Source: Octopus sinensis
Lineage: Eukaryota
Length of the DNA: 16,186 bases
Assembly: GCF_006345805.1 (NCBI RefSeq)
Contig: NW_021825245.1
Location: 1 to 16,186, forward strand
Direction of reading: 5' to 3'
Within the stretch, counting starts at the first letter, position 1. Every line of letters begins with the position of its first letter. Under the pieces are notes generated by a model. That model was not told the DNA's origin. It did no database searches and saw only the letters and a program-made list of their open reading frames with translations. Position numbers and translations under genes: made by a program. Below, piece by piece: positions 9,040 through 16,186 of this stretch.

Positions 9040-9105
9040 TCCAACAGCGCGCGCGCGCAACGCCCTCTCGCGCATACGCGAAGACCGGAAGAGGGAATTT
9101 GCTGA
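9040..9105. promoter_or_regulatory. CpG-rich promoter/enhancer-like patch in unique sequence
   Basis: (GC)6 at 9047-9058, TCGCG-CATA-CGCGA / NRF1-like GCGCATACGC at 9068-9081, ETS-like ACCGGAAG at 9084-9091, kB-like GGGAATTTGC at 9093-9102, all within an AT-rich surround. Confidence 0.4.
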
Positions 9106-9592
9106 TGTGGCGTTAGCTGATTAGGCGAAGGGAGCGTGAACCTTAAAAAGACAGAGAGAGATATAGAGCAGTCAGCAGAAAGCCTTTCATTGTTGCAGAC
9201 CACATTATCTTCGCTCCCTACGGATGCCATAGAAGACCAGCTCAGTTTGCTGTTGCACTTGTAAAATTCTTACAAGCGTTAAAGTTTCAGCTCTGACACA
9301 TCCATACCAAGCGAAACCAAATAACACCATATTTCGTACTGTTATAAGAACAATAAAGAAATATATATTTTTACTGTTGTGTTTTGAGTTCTTTGACTGG
9401 TAGAATCTGGAAATTTAAACGGAAATTGAATGCACCATTTGCACCCTAAAAGTGCAAGAAGCATCCTATTCCCGTTACACCTCGATATTTTTCTCAACTT
9501 ATATTAATTTAATTTATATTTTCTCTTCTTTAGAAACATAAAAGCTATTTTGTTGTGTATCATCCGATCATTCTGAGGCTGCCGGAAAGTGT

Positions 9593-9967
9593 ACTACTTA
9601 CTTGTACTTGTGGCGACATTCACCCTGGGTGGGTTGAGTCGGCTTCTTCTAGCACCCTCGAGGCAGCTCGAACCATGGTAGCCCACGCACGACGGTCTTG
9701 CGCCGGTTCACTAGAGATAGCGAGCCAGTCACGGTTCCATCGGTGCAGGCCGACCACCTGCGGACCCGTGAGCACGGAGAGGTCCTCCTTGATCGTCGTA
9801 GCCCAGGTCTTCAGCTGCCCGCCCGCGCGTTTCCGCCAGTTGGGAAGTGGAGTTGGGAGAAGGACATCACGGCTCAGTTCACCCAACGGACGTCTACATG
9901 CATGGCCAAACCACCGCAAGCGCAGTTGCAGAAGGACAGATGGAAGGGGCCGTAGAGATAGGAAGAG
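9593..9967 (-). mobile_element. 5'-truncated RTE-clade LINE insertion with 12-bp TSD
   Basis: Minus strand translates PSVLLQLRLRWFGHACRRP...RKRAGGQLKTWATTIKEDL...AQDRRAWATMV (RTE ORF C-terminus). Short-repeat tail caagtacaagtaagta. Perfect direct repeat GCCGGAAAGTGT at 9581-9592 and 9968-9979. Confidence 0.9.
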
Positions 9968-10241
9968 GCCGGAAAGTGTCAGTTCGACTCTTCACGACTT
10001 TATCTTCATAATTTATTCCGCTAGCAAATTCACTCATCGTTGCCCTACGCAAGCGAAGTGTACAAGTCTAGGGGCGAAGCCCTTGTATCGCAATACTGGA
10101 AACACCTCTGAAGATACAAAAGACTTTCCAACATTGCGATAGCTTTAGTCAGCAACAGGAAATGAGCTTGCAATATCTCCAAGTAGCACCTACAGTTTTT
10201 AAGTTTTTAAGTGGCTAAAGCTTCTCTGGTCTTCATTTCAG

Positions 10242-10349
10242 TTATAAGACGATGACAAGATATCATTTAGAGTTGCGTCCTAGTTTTTGGTTGCGACACA
10301 GCACTAGAGAACAAAACCGCATTTTAACCCTCAACAGTTCGGCTCAGAG
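10242..10349 (+). other. Candidate 108-nt exon of an unknown transcript
   Basis: Acceptor cttctctggtcttcatttcAG (ends 10241) and consensus donor GAG|GTAAGT (GT at 10350). One frame is open: YKTMTRYHLELRPSFWLRHSTREQNRILTLNSSAQ. No family recognised. Confidence 0.35.
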
Positions 10350-10459
10350 GTAAGTTTCTTGCAACACAACCCGAATAACAATAACAGCAGCTAAAACCAG
10401 CAACCAAACAAGACAATCATACCACCACCAACAATAACACCATTTTTGACAGCAAAAAC

Positions 10460-10505
10460 AGCAACAACAACAACAACAACAACAACACTAATAATAATAA
10501 TAATA

Positions 10506-10549
<44 letters not shown>

Positions 10550-10573
10550 TTAATAATAATAATAATAATAATA
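10460..10573. repeat. Compound (CAA)n-(TAA)n microsatellite, 5' flank of the truncated R4/Dong copy
   Basis: Direct reading. Confidence 0.95.
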
Positions 10574-11015
10574 ACACACAGATAGAGAAATTAAGACCAA
10601 CAGACCAGATATAGTTGTCAGAGATCATGAAGAAAAAAAATGCTTTCTAATTGATGTATCAATACCGGCAGATGACAACGTGTCTCTAAAAGAAATGGAG
10701 AAACTCTCAAAATACAAAGACCTGGAAATAGAGGTAACTAGAATGTGGAATCTGAAAACAGAAACAATTCCTATCATATTAAGTGCATTAGGCATGATAA
10801 AAAAATATTCAGACACAATACATAACAAAAACACCAGGACTTACAAACACATATAACATACAGAAAATTGCACTACTAGGCACTGCACACATCCTACGCC
10901 AGAACACTTTCCATACAATAACCATCAGAGCATCACAACAAATCACAGCACATACCCAAGACATACAGAGCTGCGCTCGGTAGTGAAGTGAAAGCACGCT
11001 ATAAAAATAAAACTG

Positions 11016-11018
<3 letters not shown>
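10574..11018 (+). mobile_element. 5'-truncated R4/Dong-clade non-LTR retrotransposon (RLE domain end plus 3' UTR) inserted in (TAA)n
   Basis: Encodes TNRPDIVVRDHEEKKCFLIDVSIPADDNVSLKEMEKLSKYKDLEIEVTRMWNLKTETIPII...QKIALLGTAHILR, stop at 10919-10921. About 95% identical by manual comparison to the reverse complement of 11270-11714. (TAA)n on both sides. Confidence 0.9.

Positions 11019-11110
<92 letters not shown>
11019..11110. repeat. (AAT)n then (CAA)n microsatellite, 3' flank/tail of the truncated copy
   Basis: Direct reading. Confidence 0.95.
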
Positions 11111-11111
<1 letters not shown>

Positions 11112-11235
11112 ACGCCTTGTTCTCTTATAGTTCTCCTAGAATATTTGCTGCAGCCCATCTTTTATACCAAGACAAAGCGTGTACGCGATGACACTTCCAA
11201 TCAGTTAAGATCAGGAACGATTAGAGCCAGTGCTC

Positions 11236-11269
<34 letters not shown>

Positions 11270-11272
<3 letters not shown>

Positions 11273-14200
11273 TAGTTTTATTTTTATAGCGTGCTTCACT
11301 TCACTACCGAGCGCAGCTCTGTGTGCCTTGGTATGTGCTGTGATTTGTTGTGATGCTCTGATGGTTATTGTATGGAAAGTGTTCTGCGTAGGATGTGTGT
11401 GCAGTGCCTAGCTAGTAGTGCAATTTCTGTATGTTATATGTGTTTGTAAGTCCTGGTGTTTTTTTGTTATGTATTTATCTGAATATTTTTTTATCATGCC
11501 TAATGCACCTACTATGATAGGAATTGTTTCTGTTTTCAGGTTCCACATTCTAGTTACCTCTATTTCCAGGTCTTTGTATTTTGAGAGTTTCTCCATTTCT
11601 TTTAGAGACACGTGTCATCTGCCGGTATTGATACATCAATTAGAAAGCATTTTTTTCTTCATGATCTCTGACAACTATATCTGGTCTGTTGGCCTTAATT
11701 TCTCTATCTGTGTGTATCGGCATATCCCAGAGTATGGTTGCTTTCTCGTTTTCTGTGACCTTTTCTGGTGTGTGCCTATACCATCTTTTTTCTGTTGTTA
11801 TTCCATAATGTTGGCATAGCTTCCAATGTATGTAGGTTCCAACTCTGTCATGTCTGTGAATATATTCTTCTTAGCCAGGACTGGGCAGCTAGAGATAATA
11901 TGATTTATTGTTTCTTGTCCATCTCCACATTTCTGCAGTTACTTGTAATATTTCTTTTCATTAAATGTTTTTGGTAATTTCTGGTGGGGAGGCTTGTGGT
12001 CTTGTGCTGCAATTAAAATCCCTCTGATTCTGCTTTGAGTCCTGAGCTTCTCAACATTGCTGGGATTGGGATTTTTCTTCTCTATTTCTTTTGCGTTTAG
12101 TTTAGTGCAGTATTTACATGAAGGGGCTTTTCTTGCCATCGTTTTATCATGGTTCGTTGCTGTTCTATTTTTAGTTTGGATTTCATTTGTTTTATAGCTT
12201 TTGTTGTTCTTCTTCTTTTCTTCTTCTTCTTTCTTTGTTATTAGGTGGTATGATTTCTTGTTTGTATTTGTCAGCTTCCTTAAATACTGAGAACAGTTTG
12301 TTTTGCTCGTGTTTTGCTGCTATCTGGATCAGTTTTCCTTCCTTCTGAAGTAGATATTTTTGCAGTCCTATGGTGTTATTTTATAGTAGTTTCCAGCTGT
12401 ATAAGGCCTCTACCACCTTCTATACGTTGTATATATAGTCTTTCTATGTCAGATTTTGGGTGATGCATCCTAGATCCTGTCAGTATTTCTTGTTTTCCTA
12501 TCTATTTTGGACAGTTCATTTCGTGTCCAGTTAAGGATATTGTAGCTGTAACTTATAACTGGGACAGCTAAAGTGTTGATACCTATTATCTTGTTTTTAG
12601 CATTGAGCTCTGTTTTTAGTATTGATCTAACTCGTCTATAATATTCTTTTTTTTATTTTCTCTTTCATTTGTGTGTGTTGTGTCTTGTCTAGTTCATGGA
12701 TTCCTAAGTATTTGTAAGTTTGGCTTTGGTCTAATTCTTTTATTTCATTGGTTTTATCTAGTGTGATGTTGTTACTCTTAACTAGTTTTCCTCTTTTCAT
12801 GGTTACTTTGGCGCATTTTCTAATCCAAATTTCATATCTATTTCTTTGGTAAATCCATGAACTGTCTTTAATAGTGTTTCCAGCTGTTTGTCATTTGCAG
12901 CGTATAGTTTTAGGTCATCCATATATAAAAGGTGGCTGATCGTTTTGCCGTAACATTTATATCCGCATCCAGTTCTATTTAGCATATCAGATAGAGGTGA
13001 CAGTGCCAAGCAGAAAAGGAGTGGAGAGAGCGTGTCTCCTGGAATATTCCTCTCTAATGGGGATGTCTTTGGTTTTCATGAGTCCCTCTTTTGTTTGGAG
13101 GTGTAGGACTGTTTGCCATTTATCATAGAGTGCTCTATGAATTTTATGATTGTTGGTGCTACTTTGTTAATGGCTAGTGTTTCGAGGGTCCATGTGTGGG
13201 GGATGCTATCAAATGCCTTTTTGTAGTCAATCCAGGCCATACTGAGGCCTTTCTTCTTTCTGTGGCTGTCTTCAGTTACGGCTTATTAATCATTAGTTAT
13301 CTTTACAGCCATATGAGCCTTTGCGGCATCCTTTCTGCTCTTCTGGGAACAGTTTGTTTTCGTCCAGGTGCTTGTTCAGCCTTTGCGATATCACTGCAGT
13401 AAATGCCTTGAACATAGTAGGGAGGCAGGTTATTGGTCTGTAGTTTTCTGGTTTTGCTGTTTCATTTGATTTGGAATTAAGATGGTTTTCCCCTTCGTGA
13501 GCCATTCAGGCATTGTCTCTGGCTCTGCTAGTATGCTGTTAAAGTTTTCAGCCAGCTTTTTGTGCATTCCTGTTAGATATTTCAACCAGAAGTTGGGGAT
13601 CTTGTCATGCCCAGGTGCCTTCCAGTTGCTTAGTTTTTGCAGTGCCTGGGTGACCTCTTCAGTTGTTATGGGGGTCCAAGGTTGTTCAGATGCCGAGTTT
13701 GTTATTTTGATACTCCTTTTTTTTGGCTGTTCGTTCGCCCGACATATTTCTCTCCAGAATTCTTCCAATTCTTCTGCCGTTGGTGCTGTAGTGACTTCTA
13801 TTTTATTTTTTCCCTGTTCTTGGTAGAACTTTTTGGGGTTGGAGTTGAACTTTTTGTTCTGTTCAAAGAAGCGTTGGCGTTTCTCGTACCGGCGGATCCT
13901 TTGAGCTTTGGCAAGGATATCTTGCTTCAGCTTTTCTTTTATCTCCGGCAAATCTTTTTCTGTGATGTTATATTTGCGGAGCATTTTTGTTCTCTTTTTG
14001 TTGCTCAGTAGCGTTGATTATTTGCTGATTTCATTAAGAATCGACCGGTCTTTTCTAATTTTTTAAATTTTGTTTTGGATGTTATTTATCCACAGGGTTT
14101 GTTTGGGTGGTGGTACTCCTGTTTGGGCGGGTTTGGGTGAATATCCAGCTTCTTTTGTGGCTGCAGTGGCTGCTGCGTATATCAAGTCATTTAGTTCAGT

Positions 14201-15220
14201 GATATCACTTTTTTTGTTTCATGTGGCTAGTTCAGTGACGGCTAGGTTTATGGTTTATAATTGGTGTTGTTATTTCGTTTATTTTTATTCTTGGGAGGTA
14301 TGGTCGGTGGTCCATTTTGGGCTCTGTGGTTTTCAGTTCTTTGATTATTTATTTTTTATATTATCATAATCGTTAGGCTCCCTTCGTTGTTTACATCGTG
14401 TTTGTTGGGAATGTTGCGTTGTCTTCGTGTTTTACAGTTTCAGTGTTTATATTATTGGGCATTGTTGTGTGGCTTCTATCTACATTTTCCTGGTGTATGT
14501 TTTCTTTTAAATGTTCTATTTCTATTTCTGATATTTTTTTTTTGTGTTGAGAATGTATCTTCGTACGTTAGCTAATTTATTAGGGTTCATTGCTGTATCC
14601 AAGTCTATATCTCTATTATTTTCCTTCCATATTTTATATGTATGCGTTGTTGTATTTTCATTTTTTGGGTAGAGCATTGCTGTGAAGTATGCGTGTAAGA
14701 TAGAAATGTATTCCTCACGTGTCCATTTATGTCTTTTGGGTTTTATTTGCGGGACATGAGGTACAACGTCCGGCCCATTATTTTGACGGTCGTCATTTTC
14801 GTAGGGTACCGGTCCGTTTATTTCTGTTGTCACATTATTTCGCACGTGTAGTTTTTCGTACATTTTGTTGTAAGTTTAATGTAGTACGTACCGCTCGATT
14901 GTTATTTGGGTTGAATAGTATCGGTGGCATTTAATTTCTTCGTAGTTCTTTTGTACATGGTGTTTGGGGTCGGGGATGATCGTGATGTTCCACGCATGTT
15001 TACATGTGTTGCGTAGAGCTGGAGATGATATCGAGTCAAAATACATGATTTCGTTTCGAAAATAGTAATAAATTTCAATTAGTATTACTTACTCGGATAC
15101 AGTCAATTCTTTGTTAGTAATCTTTGGCTCCATAGGATGTCCTTGTTTTCGATGTTTGTGGATAGATTTCGGAGCTCTGTATTTTCCTTCTTACATCTTA
15201 AACGTTCCCCGGTGTTCTCC
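11270..15220 (-). mobile_element. Apparently full-length R4/Dong-clade (RLE-type) non-LTR retrotransposon, 3.95 kb, flanked by (TAA)n on both sides
   Basis: Single-ORF architecture: N-terminal KRHKWTREE motif, R4-type KLKQ...AQRIRRY...QNKKF segment, RT, CCHC knuckle, PD-(D/E)xK endonuclease, ~95-nt 3' UTR. (TTA)n at 11236-11269 and 15221-15274. Dong elements targeting TAA repeats is established knowledge. Confidence 0.9.
11365..14863 (-). pseudogene. Frameshifted RT-RLE polyprotein of the R4/Dong element
   Basis: RT motifs PGHDKIPNFWLK, NYRPITCLP, EQKGC, WIDYKKAFDSIPH, (GIF)QGDTLSPLLF, YMDD (12914-12925), YKYLG. Also MHHPKSDIERLY...GGRGL, CxxC-x7-H-x4-C (11885-11937), HRHD, and RPDIVV (PD at 11679-11684)...LIDVSIP...EK..KY. 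Broken by many 1-bp deletions and a few apparent stops. The true start codon may lie upstream of 14863. Confidence 0.9.

Positions 15221-15274
<54 letters not shown>
15221..15274. repeat. (TTA)n: both the SINE tail and the R4/Dong target site
   Basis: Perfect run between the SINE 3' end and the LINE 5' end. Confidence 0.95.
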
Positions 15275-15610
15275 GACCCCCTTCGGCCATGACTGACCGT
15301 GGGATTGCACCTAGAAAGTTACCCTCCCAAGCACAAGTCCGGTTAAGGGTGTTTATGGAAGACCAGCCGTCGCCCATGCTTACCGGCCTCCTCTCTCCAC
15401 GCCACCAGTGTTATCCAAGGGAAAGGCAAAGGGGCCGATACAGCTTGGCACAAGTGACATCGCAACTCATTCCTACAGCTGAGTTAACTGGGACAACGTG
15501 AAATAAAGTGTCTTGCTCAAGAACACAACACGCAGCTCGGTCCGGGATTCAAACTCACAACCTCGCCAGCGTAAGCTCGACACTCTAACCACTGAGCCAT
15601 GTGCCTTCAC
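15275..15610 (-). mobile_element. Full-length tRNA-derived SINE (~335 bp) with (AAT)n tail
   Basis: Minus strand: A box TGGCTCAGTGG, B box GAGTTTGAATCC, conserved-type segment cttgagcaagacacttta, body, then (AAT)n. Confidence 0.85.
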
Positions 15611-15619
15611 AATTATCAT

Positions 15620-15642
15620 TGTTATCATCATCATCATCATCA

Positions 15643-15694
<52 letters not shown>

Positions 15695-15716
15695 CATTAT
15701 CATCATCATCTCATCA

Positions 15717-15751
<35 letters not shown>

Positions 15752-15782
15752 TTATTATTATTATTATTATTATATTATTATC
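15620..15782. repeat. Compound (TCA)n/(TTA)n microsatellite
   Basis: Direct reading. Confidence 0.95.
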
Positions 15783-15785
15783 TTA

Positions 15786-16051
15786 GGTTGAAATACAAAA
15801 AAATGTGGCAACTTAAAGCGAGAACTGTTCCTGTTGTTCTAGGAGAACCATCACTCAGAGATATCAAAAAAATCGTGCTGACAAGTACTACCCACATCTT
15901 TAGGAAAACCCTGTCTGTGTTGTATTACTTGAAGATTTTTCGCTAATGCCCCTACTACTTTCCTCCTCAAGCTTTTGTAATATCTCTTTTCCTTCATTCG
16001 CCCTAAGGCATTGGGTGTGTCTCGGCAAGTGATTGTAACAAACATGCAGAT
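15786..16051 (+). mobile_element. 3' fragment of a second, divergent R4/Dong subfamily, internally deleted, followed by (TAA)n
   Basis: Translates (VEIQK)MWQLKARTVPVVLG / IKKIVLTSTTHIFRKTLS, homologous to EVTRMWNLKTETIPIIVG / IQKIALLGTAHILRRTLS of the main element. Its 3' UTR is unrelated. (TAA)n follows from ~16052. Confidence 0.7.
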
Positions 16052-16104
16052 TAATAATATATAATATAATAATAATAATAATATAATAATAATAATAATA
16101 ATAA

Positions 16105-16186
16105 TCATCATCATCACATCATCATCGTTTAGCGTCCGCTTTCCATGCTAGCATGGGTTGGACGGGTCAACTGGGGTCTGTGAAAC
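16105..16186 (-). mobile_element. 3' end of a retroposon (SINE/RTE-related) with (GAT)n tail, cut by the window edge
   Basis: catcatc-gtttagcgtccgctttccatgctagcatgggttggacg, recognised from memory as a frequent octopus-type repeat terminus abutting (CAT)n. Confidence 0.5.

Noticed and set aside
10809-11977. Poly-Leu and Cys/Phe-rich ORFs resembling membrane or secreted proteins
   Set aside because: Antisense or off-frame reads of the R4/Dong copies and (TTA)n.
13196-14934. Plus-strand ORFs of 62-124 aa
   Set aside because: Antisense shadows of the R4/Dong polyprotein.
15130-15220. HDV-like self-cleaving ribozyme at the LINE 5' end (known in several R2/R4-type elements)
   Set aside because: I could find only a 4-bp GGAG/CTCC pairing and could not build the nested double pseudoknot by eye. 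A covariance-model or RNArobo search on the family consensus would decide.
15275-15330. Idea that the (AAT)n-tailed SINE is mobilised by the Dong element
   Set aside because: The SINE 3' end (ggccgaagggggtct) shows no similarity to the Dong 3' end (ataaaaataaaactactg).
15473-15946. Poly-Ile, poly-His/Tyr and poly-Leu ORFs
   Set aside because: Microsatellite translations. Only the last ~50 codons of 15599-15946 are meaningful, as an R4/Dong remnant.

Overview
AT-rich, microsatellite-dense eukaryotic DNA. The SINE families, the (AAT)n/(TA)n load and the IL-17-like gene point to an octopus/coleoid cephalopod genome (inference from pattern recognition, no database search). The only clear host CDS is a single-exon, secreted IL-17-like cystine-knot cytokine (3642-4049, +). 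A non-autonomous Helitron with canonical termini (1073-2752) lies upstream, and a head-to-head SINE pair lies in the likely 3' UTR. The right half is dominated by R4/Dong-clade (RLE) non-LTR retrotransposons tied to (TAA)n microsatellites: an apparently full-length 3.95-kb copy (11270-15220, -) sitting in the (AAT)n tail of a tRNA-derived SINE, a 5'-truncated sister copy forming a ~95% identical tail-to-tail inverted repeat with it, and a 3' fragment of a second subfamily. Also present: an RTE 3' fragment with a 12-bp TSD, a CR1-group LINE 3' fragment sharing its tail with a local SINE, an internally deleted Tc1/mariner element, degenerate Helitron-like pieces, and a unique CpG-rich promoter-like patch followed by strong splice signals that may mark an unannotated transcript. 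Most ORFs in the supplied track are microsatellite or antisense artefacts.
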